A stretch of 64,000 nt of DNA from Mobula birostris (lineage: Eukaryota): the NCBI RefSeq assembly GCF_030028105.1, contig NC_092375.1:44925130-44989129 (forward strand). Direction: 5' to 3'. Made by a program: the position numbers and the translations under genes. Below the pieces are notes generated by a model. That model was not told where the DNA came from. It searched no databases and saw nothing but the letters and a program-made list of their open reading frames with translations. This document shows positions 48,421-59,800 of the stretch, one piece after another. The stretch's first letter is position 1, and each line of letters starts with the position of its first letter.

Positions 48421-48719
48421 AAAAGAGAAAATGAACTCAAGCTTCAAGTACATCTCTCTGTAAAGTGCGGCCAAGGTTGTAAACAATATCATCTAGCCAA
48501 TAGGTCAGCATGGGAAATTGGAGGGATTACATCTGAATAAAGGCATATAAAAACAGAAATGAGGGCAGTTAGAGAGTGAGACTACAAAAAAGGAAGTAAA
48601 AATTGTGCAATACACAGCTATCGGACATGTCTGGTTGGTCTGACAGCTTAAGAGAGAGAGATACTGAATTAATAACAAAGTTGAGTTGGCTAATTTGATT
48701 ATGCACAGGTACAAAAAAC

Positions 48720-50150
48720 TAAGTTAACTGAAGTTGGAGAATTCAGGGAGGTCTGGAAGGATACAATAATACTCAGACTGAAGAGGAGTTGCTGTTTCTC
48801 ATGCTTACATTGAGCCTATTTACAAGTGTGCAGGAGGACACAGACAGAGGGGAATAGAAAGAATTACAGTAGCTTGCATGACGAAGCCCAGGGTGGTCCT
48901 GAACACTGGTGCTCGACAAAGCGTCTACCCAATCCATGTTTGCTTTCTCTAATGCGGAGGAGACAACATTGTCAACACTGTACCCAGCACATTAGATTAA
49001 AAGACATGCAAGCAAATTATTTCTTCATCTGAAAGGATAGTTCAGGTTCTGGGGGAAGTGAAGGGAAGACGTGAGAGGACAGATGTTGCATTTCATGGGA
49101 AATCGCTTCAATAAGGGAAGTGGTTGATGTAAAATGAAGAACAGATCAGTAAATCACATGGGGAATGGTCTCTTCAAAACATGAAACCATATTGAAAATG
49201 GCAGAACTTGTAAAGCACGAGGCTGATGAGGAAGAAGGCAAAGCCGAAAGAACCTTTGGTCTAAGAGCAGAACTGCGGGAGATAGAGGAGGACAAAGGTC
49301 ACTGACAACAGTGTAATCATCAGTACGAATATAGAGAAAGTGAAAGGAAGCAGGACCAAAACAACTGTGGAATTATGTGGGTTTGCAGAGAGCGTTTGTC
49401 ACTGGTCTGTCCCTGAGACCAGGTGAAGGTGAGAGAAGAGTGGAAACTGGCAGAAGGACCAATAAAATTTGCATGTTTTGTATGAGCGCAGGAAGCAGAG
49501 CACCAACAGGGCGAGTGCCCTGGAAACAGAAGAGAGAGTAGGTGCTCGGGTAGGACTTGAAAGGACGAGCATTTCAAATGTTGCACTGCTCCTGCCTGTG
49601 CAATTTTCTGTAGTTATATCTTAGGTATGAAATAAATGATAATGAAGAGAAATTCATTAACTTCCACCCCGCCCACTTTCACATGCAATGGATTATCCTT
49701 CATATTAACATGCTTGCATTCCCACCCACCTCTTCCCTTCCTGTTTTTTGAAGAAGCCATTCTCCTTTGTGATTCTCCCATTTACTCTTTGGTCTCCACT
49801 ATTTTTTTGACAACTTCCCATGCAACCTCCTGCCTTTCCTCTTTCCTAGATCCAAGTGGCCCTTCCAGGTGAAGCAGCAATTCTCTTCAAATCCATCAAG
49901 ATATACTTCGTGCTCATGGCATGCTTTCCTGTACTTCTCAGGAAACAAACATAAATAAAGCAACTGCTTATCTGTAGCCCTGAACTTTCTGTTGCCTGGC
50001 ACTTTAACCCCCGTCTCACTTGGAACTGTCTGTGCTCTCCCACGCTGTTACAACATGGCTCAGTGCAAGCTTGGGGAATGGCATCTCATCTTCTGCCTGT
50101 CTAGGCAATTTTGCAGCCTTCAAGAATTAATGATAAATTATTCAAAAACA
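48720..50150. mobile_element. Two old Penelope-like fragments in opposite orientation (~48720-49560 minus, ~49690-50150 plus)
   Basis: Decayed similarity to the RT-GIY-YIG region of 44021-45675 on both strands (e.g. ccttccaggtgaagcagcaattc; gcaagcttggggaatggcatctcatcttctgc). Confidence 0.55.
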
Positions 50151-50159
50151 TGCTGGCTA

Positions 50160-51560
50160 TTCAGAACAACACACACAAAATGCTGAAGGAGCTTAGCAAG
50201 TCAGGTAGCATCTATGGAGAGGAAACAGCAGTCAATTTTTCAGGCTGAGACCTTTCATCAGGACTGGAAAGGAAGGGGGAAGGAGTACAAGCTAGCAAAT
50301 GATAGGTGAAGCCAGGTTTTTTTTGGGGGGGGGAGAGTTGTGAGTAGGGGAGGGGTTTGAATTGAGAAGCTCCGAGATGCGAGGTGATAGGTAGAAGAGA
50401 TAAGGGGCTGAAGAAGAAGCAATGTGATAAAAGAAGACAGCGTACAATGGGAGAAAGGGAGAAGGGGCAGCAGAGGGAGGTGTTGGGCAGGTGAGAAGGA
50501 GTAAGAGGGGAGCTAAAATGTGGAATGCAAAAAGGGAAAAGGGGGAAGTGGAGAAATTACTGTAAATTGTACAATGTGATGCTCAGGCCATCAGGCTGGA
50601 GGCTGCACAGATGGAATATGAAGTGTTCTCCGCCTGAGAGTTGCCTTCTACCGCCACAATGAGGCCATGGACCAATGTGCTGGATTGAGAATTAAAATGG
50701 GGAGTGGGAGGCCTCCACCAGGAAAGCCTGCAGAAGGTGCTTGACGAAGTGGTCCCTTAATCTGCGTCGGGTCTCAATGATGTAGAGGAGACCACACTGT
50801 GAACACTAGATACGATGAGCCTAACAGACTCACAGGTGAAGTGTTGCCTCACCTGGAAGGACTGTTTGGGCCCTGAATGGTGGTGAGGATGTGGTTTGGG
50901 GCAGTACAGCACTTACCCCACATGCAGGGCAAGTGCCAGGAGGGAGATCAGTGGGGAGGGTCGAGTGGACAAAGGGGTCACGTAGAGTGTGATCCATATG
51001 GAAAGAGGGGAATTGGGGGAAGGGAAAGATGGGTTTAGTGGTAGGATCCTGTTGAAGATGGCAGAAGTTATGAAGAATGATGTGCTGGATGTGGAGGCCC
51101 ATTGGGTGGTAGGCAAGGACAAGGAGAAATATCCCTATTATGGATGCGGCAAGATGGGTTGAAGGTGATCTCTAGGAAATGGAGAAGACGCAGGTGAGGG
51201 CAGCATCGATAGCAGAGAAAGGGAAACCCTGTTCTTTGAAGGAGGAAGACATCTCTAATGTTCTGGAATGGAAAGCTTCATCCTGAGAACAGACGTGGTG
51301 GTGACAGTGGAACTGAGAAAAGGGAGTGGCATTTTTACGAGCAACAGGATGGAAGAGATATGGTCAAGACAGTGATGAGAGTCTGTAGGATAATAAAAGA
51401 TATCAGTTGATAGTCTGTCTCCAGACACAGAGTTTGAGAAAGGGGAAACAGATGTCAGTGATGGACCGAGTAAATTTGAGGCCAGCATGGAAGTTGTAGG
51501 CAAAGTTGATGCAATTGAAATACTCAGCAAGGGTTCAGGAAGCAGCACCAATGCAGTGCA
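50160..51560 (-). mobile_element. Degenerate Penelope-like element (RT C-terminus, GIY-YIG, terminus with hammerhead core)
   Basis: GDRLSTDIFYYPTDSH, HIILHNFCHLQQDPTT; terminus CAGUC-CUGAUGA-A-AGG-UCUCAG-CCU-GAAA-AAUU-GACUG at ~50229-50266. Confidence 0.85.
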
Positions 51561-51810
51561 GAAAGAGTTGGAGAACATTACCAGAGTAAGTCTGCCGTTG
51601 TTTTTGTTTGGTTTAATTAAATGTAATATTTTAAAGTGGGTGAATATCTGCTGGATAGTGGTGCTGGTATCACCTGTCATTGTTAGGGGAAAGGGGAGTG
51701 AAAGAAAGCTCTATTTTGTTTTAAATCATTGAAATACTGAAAATGGATTGGTTATTGTAAAGAGGCACTCAAAATGTAACAGAGTTTACTGCACAATTTA
51801 TAATACTTAC

Positions 51811-52176
51811 CTCTCAAAACCACAGAGGCTTCATAATTTCCACTACTATTTTCATCTGTACTGGGTGTTTGGCATTGATATTCCCCATCATCTTCAAATT
51901 GAGCACTTTTTAAGTGTAGCTCAACAGAGTTGTCACTGAGTCTCTTTACCCAAATCTCATTTTTCTGAATCTTCTTCTTGTATTTAGGATCTGAATACTC
52001 TGGTTCCAGTGTGCTGATGATCTTTGATTGCTGGTGGTTACGAGTCACAATCCAATCAAAATTTTGTTCAGTCGGTCCTTGATAATCACTGACGTTGCAG
52101 GGAATGCTGACTGTGGTGTTCACCACACGGTACAGGGGACCACTTGGGACTTGTACAATACGTCCCAAGGTCAGGT
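51811..52176 (-). CDS. PTGFRN: PTGFRN exon, Ig domain 1 (366 nt)
   Basis: tttcttgcag|AC ... AGA G|gtaagt; GRIVQVPSGPLYRVVNTTVSIPCNVSDYQGPTEQNFDW...SVELHLK..Q..DDGEYQCQTPSTD...SGNYE. Matches the recalled PTGFRN IPCNVSDYDGPSEQNFDW and CSTPSTD..GNYE. Confidence 0.95.
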
Positions 52177-52325
52177 CTGCAAGAAACAAAAAACAAACAA
52201 TAAAAGGAACACTCTTCAGGTGAGATGTAGAGTATTTCACCAAATCCATGCCAACATAAATTCTGTACATGTCTAGAAATGAGAAAAAACATGAATCTCA
52301 AACAAGACTGAAATCTCAAACAAGA

Positions 52326-52503
52326 GAAAATCTGCACATGCTGGAAGTCCGAGCAACACACACAAAATGCTGGAGGAACTCAGTAGGCCAGGCATAATCT
52401 ACGGAAAGAGTACAGTCGAGGGTTTTGGCCTGAAATGTCGACTGTACTCTTTTCCATAGATGCTCCCTGGCCTACTGAGTTCCTCCAGCATTTTGTGTGT
52501 GTT
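52326..52503. mobile_element. Fold-back Penelope terminal-repeat insertion (65/66-bp arms, 18-nt loop)
   Basis: 52355-52419 is inverted to 52438-52503; outer 38 bp perfect. Confidence 0.9.
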
Positions 52504-53364
52504 ACACTGACTGGAATCCAGCCTCTTTAGGTAAACTGCTGCTTACCTAGCAAATTACCAGAAACACACGAAAAGTTTGTTACAGAAGGGCATTTATTAG
52601 TACTAGAAATCTCTAGCATATTTCACAAGATACAACTTCCGGTTAGGATCCACATTTTACATCTCGATTTGTACTTCTTTCAAGACCATTCTGGTTACAA
52701 GTGAGTCAGTGAACTCATCATTAAATTGGTTTCCTAACTTACACAGCCAACTAAAATCCTGTGCAACTGGCTGTATAATAATAGACCCCATTGTTCAAGG
52801 TATCATCGAAGCACTCATACACTGTACACTTGCGTACTTCATTCTCTTTGTTACTCTGAGCCAATGCACAATGGTCATTTGAACATGACAGGAGCAACAT
52901 GAAGAACAATATAATGGACCATGATTTGCTGTGATCGCACAATTAATAGGATCACCCATATGGCTATTTAAAATGTGCAATGCATGTTCATGAAAGTGCA
53001 TGTCAATAATATCACAGTGAGGAAATTAGGACTCTTAGGTCTCAGAACAAGGTGAGCAGCTATGCATCGCCATAAGCAGTCAGACTAAAAGACTACAAAC
53101 AATGCAAGCTGCATGCTAAATCAATAACACCTTTTAATTTTCAATGTTGAACAGAACTTTTGACAGTAAGTGGGATTCCTCAAATGATCAAACAGGTATT
53201 TGGGCAGAAGTTGACAAGATTCAACACTGTCAACATGCAGTTTTCCATCCACCATGCAAATACAACCACTGAAGGGGACTGGTAAAACAATGAACAGCCA
53301 TTTAACAGAACTTACAGATTTTCCACATTTTGTTTTCTATTTGTTTGATCCCGAATCTGCTGCA

Positions 53365-53830
53365 ACACAGAACAGTACATCATAGCAAAGTCCATTTGGC
53401 CCACAATGTTGTGTTGACCTATATAAAACTATTCTATGATCATTCCAACCCTTCCTACACAACCTATAACCCTTCATTTTTCTGACATCCATGGGCCTAT
53501 TTAATAGCCTTTTAGATGGATTTTGCCTCCAGCACCGCCACTGCAGGGCGTTCCAGGCACACACCACTCTCTGTGTGCAAAGAGACTACTTCTGACATCC
53601 ATCCTGAACTTTTCCTCCACTCACGTTAAACAGATGTGTTCTGATATTGGCCACCGCTGTCTTGGCAAAAAGATGCTGCTTGTATACTCTTATCAGCACC
53701 TCCCGTAATCTTATACACCTTTCACCTCATCCTTCTTCACTGCAAAGCGAAAAGTCCTAGCTTGCTCAGGATACGTTTTCTAATCCAGGTAACACTCTGG
53801 TATATATCTTGTGCACCCTCTCTGAAGCTT
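53365..53830 (-). mobile_element. CR1 3' fragment
   Basis: ERVHKIYTRVLPGLENVS; tail acacagaacagtacatcatagc. Confidence 0.75.
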
Positions 53831-53853
53831 CAAAAAACATCTGCTTCAAAAAG

Positions 53854-53998
53854 GATCTAGTGCTTTCCCGGCGTATATCATGAATAAACTCTTGGGCTTC
53901 CAGCCAGGTACAGGTATCAATCTTCATGAAGACAGCAGAGTTTGTCAACATCAGATATAATCGATACCTGTACCTGACTGGAAGCCCGAGAAGAGTTT
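53854..53998. mobile_element. Short fold-back insertion of a second family, with ~15-bp TSD
   Basis: Arms ataaactcttgggcttccagccaggtacaggtatc (53884-53918) and gatacctgtacctgactggaagcccgagaagagtttat (53963-54000); atctgcttcaaaaag at 53839-53853 vs atctgcttcagaaag at 53999-54013. Confidence 0.75.
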
Positions 53999-54309
53999 AT
54001 CTGCTTCAGAAAGTTACGCTTCCAAGTTCCTGCTTAGTACCATTATAATTAGCCCTCCCCCAATTAAATATTGTCCCACATCATCTGCTCCTACACTTGC
54101 TCATTGTATGCTAAAGTTCAGGGATATGGAACCATTTGTCTCACTGATACCTTTGAAGAAAAGTATGGAACAGGAGCTTCTGAAGAGATGAGATAAAAAT
54201 ACTGTGCCTGTTTGGATTATTGAATAAACACCATCAATGCACACACAGTTCATTGGAAATAAATTTTACAAGGCTATAGCCATCCATAAGATTTCAACAT
54301 TTGATAATT

Positions 54310-55030
54310 TTAGAACATAGAACAGTACAGTGTAGTATGGACCCTTTGGCTCACACTGTGTCTACTCCAAGGTCAATCTAACCCTATATCTATGTGCCTC
54401 AGTCTTTGAAATGTACCTATTGTATCAGCATCTTCCACCACCCAGCAACACATTCCAGACATTGATCACTGTGTTTAAAAAGTCTACCTCTAACATTTTC
54501 CCTAAACTTCCCTCTATTCATCTTAAACAGATGTCCTCTGGTATTGGTCACTGCTGCACTGGGTAAAAGGTACTGGCTGTCCGATGTATGCATCTCATAT
54601 TCTTATATACCTCTGTGAAGTCACCTCTCACCTTCCTTTGCTGCAAAGAAAAAAAGCCCTAGCTCTCTCAACCTTTCCTCACCAGTCATGCATTCTAATC
54701 CAGGCATTAGCCTGGTAAATCTCCTTTGTCCTTTCTCTCTAATGCTTCCATTTGCTCCCTAAAATGAGATGACCACAACTGAACACAATACTCCAGCTGC
54801 AGTCTAACCAGAGTTTTATAAAGCTGCAACAGGACCTCCGACTCTAACTCAGTCCCCTGACTAAACTTGCATGGCAACTTTGAGGGACCTATGGACATGG
54901 ACTCCAAGATCCCTCTTTTCCTCCACACAGCTAAGAATCAAGCCATTAACCTGGCACTCTGTCTTCAAGCTCAAACTTCCAAAGTGCACAACTTCATCCC
55001 TTTCTGGTTTGAACTCCATATGCCACTTCT
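54310..55030 (-). mobile_element. CR1 3' fragment
   Basis: EVLLQLYKTLVRLQLEYCVQLWS; WHMEFKPER.EVVHFG. Confidence 0.85.
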
Positions 55031-55034
55031 CTGC

Positions 55035-55950
55035 CCAGGAAATAATCAACACTGGTCCACCTGAAAATGTGTGCTTAGCCCACTGCTCTACTCTCTCTAC
55101 ACTCATAACTATGTGGCTAGGCACAGGACAAGTGTCTATAAATTTGCCGATAACACAGCTATTGTTGGCAAAATTTCCGATGGTGTGAGGAGGTAGAGTG
55201 GTGTTGCTGCAACAACCCTTGCACTCAACGTTGTTAGGACTGAAGGATTGACTGTGCACTTCAGAAGGGCAAGACGAGGGCACACATACCAGTGCTCATC
55301 GAAGGATCAGAGGTGGAACGGGTGTGCAATTTCAAGTTCCTGGGCATCAATATCTGAGGATCTATCCTGGGCCCAGCATATTGATGCAGTTACAAAGGCG
55401 GCACAACAACGGCTATACTTCAATAGGAGTTTGAGGAGATTTGGTAGGTCACTGAAGACACTCAGAAGAGTCTACAGATCTACCATGAAGAGTATTCTAA
55501 CTGGCTGCATCATCTTCTGGTATGGGGGATGGGGCACTGCACAGGATTGAAATAAGCTGCAGAAAGTTGCTAACTCAGTCAGCTGTATTATGGCCACTAA
55601 CCGCCCCAAAATCCAGGGCATCTTCAAGGAGCAAAACCTCCAAAAGTCACTGTCCATCATTAAGGACCCCCATCACCCAACCGTCTTCTTATTGCTACCA
55701 TCAGGGAGGATGTACAAGAGCCTGAAGGCAGATACCCAACAACTCAGGAAAAGCTTCCTCCGCTCTGCCATCACATTTCAGAATGAACACTGAATCCACG
55801 AACACTACCTCACTGTTTTCTTTCTCTTTTTGCACTATTTAACTTTATTTACTGCAACATATTTTTTGTGATGTATTGTAATGTTCTGCTGCCACGTAAC
55901 AACTAGCTTCATAACATATGCCAGTGATATTAAAACCGATTCTGATTGAG
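55035..55950 (+). mobile_element. L2/Rex1-type LINE RT C-terminal and 3' fragment
   Basis: EDLSWAQHIDAVTKAAQQRLYF.RSLRRFG; IIKDPHHP...LLPSGR.Y.SLKA.T; tail gatattaaaaccgattctgatt. Confidence 0.8.
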
Positions 55951-55954
55951 GTTA

Positions 55955-56435
55955 TAGAACATAGAAATCTACAGCACATTACAGGCCCTTCAGCCCACAA
56001 TGTTGCGCTGACCATGTAACCTACTCTAGAAACTGCCTAGAATTTTCCTACCAAATAGCCCTCAATTTTTCTAAGCTCCATATCTCAAGACCCTATTGTA
56101 TTGGCCTCTAACACCATCACCCACCACTTTCTGTAATAAATTTACCCCTAACATCCCCTCTGAACTTACTTCTAAGCACCTTAAAGCCATGCCCCCTCCT
56201 GTTAGCCATTTCAGTGTTGGGAAAAAGCCTCTGGCTATCCACATGATCAATGCCTCTCATCATTTTATACACCTCTATCAAGTCAGCTCTAAGCCTCTTT
56301 CACCCCAAGGAGAAAAGGCCAAATTGACTCAACCTATTCTCTAAAGGCATGCTCTCTAATCCAGGCAACATCCTTGTAAATCTCCTCTGCACACTCTCTA
56401 TAGTATCCACATCCTTCCTGTAGTAAGGTGACTTT
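55955..56435 (-). mobile_element. CR1 3' fragment
   Basis: tagaacatagaaatctacagcacattacaggcccttcagcccacaatg tail, near-identical to the tail at 47070. Confidence 0.85.
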
Positions 56436-56599
56436 CTAGTTCATGGTGAACGAAGCCGTTGAGGCAGACCAGGATACAGATATATTGGGACTGGATATTG
56501 TGGTGCAATTCCATACTGCTGTGGTAAAAATGAATAATTCTGGGGAGCTATGTGACATGGCTGTTGGGCTTCAGACAGCAATACATAAGACAAATGACA

Positions 56600-56772
56600 G
56601 AAAATCTGCAGATGCTGGAAATCCAAGCAATGCACACAAAGTGCTGGAGGAACTCAGCAAGCCAGGCAGCATCCACCGAAAAGAGCACAGTCAATGCCTC
56701 AGTCCTGCCGAAGGGTCTCAGCCCAAAACGACAACTGTACCCCTCCTCCCCCACAGAGTTCCCCCAGCATCC
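56600..56772. mobile_element. Fold-back Penelope terminal-repeat insertion with decayed hammerhead core
   Basis: aaatctgcagatgctggaaatcc...gctggaggaactcagc...cagtc-ctgccga-a-ggg-tctcag-ccc-aaaa-cgac...gagttcccccagca. Confidence 0.75.
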
Positions 56773-56825
56773 CGTGGGCAATACATATGATATTGTTGCA
56801 TACTGCTGAAATGGCGGAAAACTTT

Positions 56826-56894
56826 GTTGTCCTGGGGCTAGGTGTGACTGAGGCAGAGCTGTTTCTTGGCCTCAATCATACCTAGCCCCACAAC
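56826..56894. repeat. ~70-nt imperfect inverted repeat (hairpin)
   Basis: gttgtcctggggctaggtgtgactgagg ... cctcaatcatacctagccccacaac; flanks aaaacttt / aaaacttg. Confidence 0.8.
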
Positions 56895-59800
56895 AAAACT
56901 TGCAGTTACCTGGGACATATCCTGTCTGGCCCCCGGGACTTATCTATCCTAATGCTTTTCAGAACCTCTAACACGGCCTCTTTCTTAACCGCAACGCTGG
57001 CCTGTTCTGCACCAAGCTCACATTTTTCAAGGACGCACTTCTGATTTTATAATGTAATTTATGCAAGTCTACCATAGCCCTGGAAAAGAGTGCTAACACC
57101 ATTGAGAATCTAATCACTTTTAACAGCAAAAGTACCCCCAAATGCAAACTAAAATTAGAAATCTAAATATTTGTTCAGAGCACTACAACGAAGCCCTCAG
57201 TTAAGGTTGTACACCCACCTCAAGACGTCGTTTTGAGAACATTGTATCTTCAGAGCCTAAGTTTGGAATCTCATTTCTTGAACTCCTATATCCAAAGTTC
57301 TCTTTAAAAAAAAACTTTAAACCTTCAAATGATCCAACAGAACCTCATCTTCAGTTTTGAACTTTCCAGTTGAATGACATTATCAAATCAAAAAGGAACA
57401 CAAGGACAAGGTCACAGAGATGAACAAAGGATCTGCTGCGCAAGCACACAGGTGAAAGCATAGCTGAGCTTTCTTATCCTCCAACGAAGAACAAAGTAGC
57501 CATGAAAGTGTAACTGATGAACTTTGATCAGTACTCAGCGCCAAATTTTATTGCACATGATGGTTTCCAGGCTACCAAATTATGCAAGGTGCATAGCACA
57601 AAAGGAAAAAAATGAACACTAGTCTTAGAGCACAGCAGAAGGTTGGGAAGCTAATCCATAAGGTGCCCAACACCCATGGATAAGGAAATGGTTTATATGC
57701 TCAAAGTAGTTCCATTTTCTGTGTTAATGTTTATCTAGTTATGTAATAACACTTCCCTATCAGTAAGAATATTTCTCTTTTAAGTTTATGTACAAGAGGG
57801 ATCACTGATGCATCAATATTAACTGGAACTTCATCCAAACTTTAGTGCAAATACTATTAATTGCTGTTGTCAAATGAATGAAGTTCATAAATTTAATTTA
57901 TACATTCAAAGGTCACGTTAAGTTTCTGGCAGGGAAGGCATTTGTCATCCATTCCAATTATGAGTCAAACACACCTCTCCCCTTGCACTCTCTAACTGCC
58001 TTAAGTGGGTTGGATTCAAGTACACTTTCCAGTGAACAAGTCAAGTTCCAGTTGTTACAAAAGATGCAAATTACACGGGGTTAATTTTGCATCTTTTTGA
58101 ATATCTTTGTGCAGTTATCTTTATGCATGGGGTAGATTTGTTCTCAAGTCCACTCGAGGAAAAAGCGTGAAATATAGCTACAAAAGAGTGATAAGACCTG
58201 CCATCTGGAAAAATTCTTATCAACAAATCCAGTTAACACTAATGTAGTAATGTCAAGGCAAATAGAAACTCAACAGTCTGTGACAGAAGACAAGATGTGA
58301 ACTTACTCATTCTTTGCAGGAATGGATGTGAAATTTCCATTACACCCACTGCATGTGGTCTCTCCTAATAAACTAATTTAATTACCTACCTGTTCTGAAC
58401 TTTAAATTTGAGTTAGAGATATCTGGCTGTGCTGTCTCTAAAACTACGACAGCTTGGGATTTACAATGCCTTCCATGAAATATAAATGCTGTTAAGAATT
58501 CCATAAATATAAACCAGATTTTCAAAGCCTGCATTGCTTATCAATAAGCTGACTGAATACAAGCCGTATCCTTCCCATGAAGGACAGAACCTGGTCCTAT
58601 TAATGTAGTCTCTTCTAAGGCAAGATCTATTAAGAGAGGTGGAAATTAACAGGAGTAGAAGACTTGCAACTCAATCATGCATTTTCAATCATCTTGCTGG
58701 GTAAAATGGAGTGATTTAGAATCTAGGATTACCTAGGATTATGTTTCACTTTATGGATTTCTTTGTATCATAGCTGACACTTTTGTGCATGAATGAGTTC
58801 ACAAATGTAAATGCATATATCATTAGAACATAGTGCTGGCAAGATCGACAGACAGAACTTCAGAAGGAGCTCACAGTTGTAAAGGCTGTTATTATGTCCT
58901 TTCATAGACATTGCTGCTAGACCTAATGAGTCTTTATTTTCTATTTTCCTTTCAGATTTCCAGATTTGCCATTGCCAAAGATTACTGCAAGTCAATTTTA
59001 TATCTGTTTCAAGGAGAAATAGAATGAAAGCTTGTACAATAGTACTGTGGATATGTAGAGACTTCCTATCCAACAAGTCCTATGGCACAATAATATTTAG
59101 TCAGTCCAGCCTTATGAATTTTAACACTCCTTCACACTGGTTTCTGAAGCTGAACCTGACAGCTGCAAAACATGAAAAGTTGCAGAGCATTAACACTGCA
59201 AGGATATTCCTGATCACCATAGCAACTTATTTATATAAACAAATAACTTCAGGTCATTGGGATCCTTCATCTACATATACCCGAAAGAACAAACTGCTGC
59301 TTAGGAAAAAAAATTAATTAAACCAGGCAGGAAAACTGAGTAAGATCTGTCAACACCAATTTGGAGACATTTGTTTTAAGAAACTTGCAGAACAGAAAGA
59401 GGCCCCATAGCCCACAAGATTGGCAATGACCATCAACGACATATTTATTCTAATCATACTATACCCATTTTCCCCACATCCCCGCAGATTCCACCCCTTG
59501 CAAGCACACTAGAGGCATCTGCTGAACAGTCTATTTCTACAGTGTAACATTCAGCATTATCATGTAACTGCAAATGCTTCACAAAGTTGATTTTAGTGAA
59601 GCACTTGGCCAGCGATTTCACCATGCTGGACACTAAGTCAAACATCACAAACTAAAAATAAACATAACAACAACTTATTTACGGAGCACTTTTCATACAA
59701 TATAGTTCAAAGTGCTTCACAATAAGGTAAAGTGCAAACATGACAATAAGAGACAGACTTATCCCTGCAATAACTTTAAGAATTTCTCCCCGAAATACAC

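Noticed and set aside
31826-52176. Alternative assignment as IGSF3, CD101 or IGSF8
   Set aside because: Six Ig domains (versus 8, 7 and 4), the split sixth domain, and Ig1, Ig5 and TM motifs fit PTGFRN best; reciprocal BLAST and synteny would confirm.
52546-52618. Candidate PTGFRN first exon (ATG...CTA G|gtaagc, phase 1)
   Set aside because: Encodes MLEISSTNKCPSVTNFSCVSGNLL, with no hydrophobic signal-peptide core; no promoter-like context.
58300-58440. Other minus-strand donor-like sites (atga|gtaagt, cag|gtaggt) as exon 1 candidates
   Set aside because: The upstream peptides are not signal-like or lack an ATG; exon 1 probably lies outside the window.
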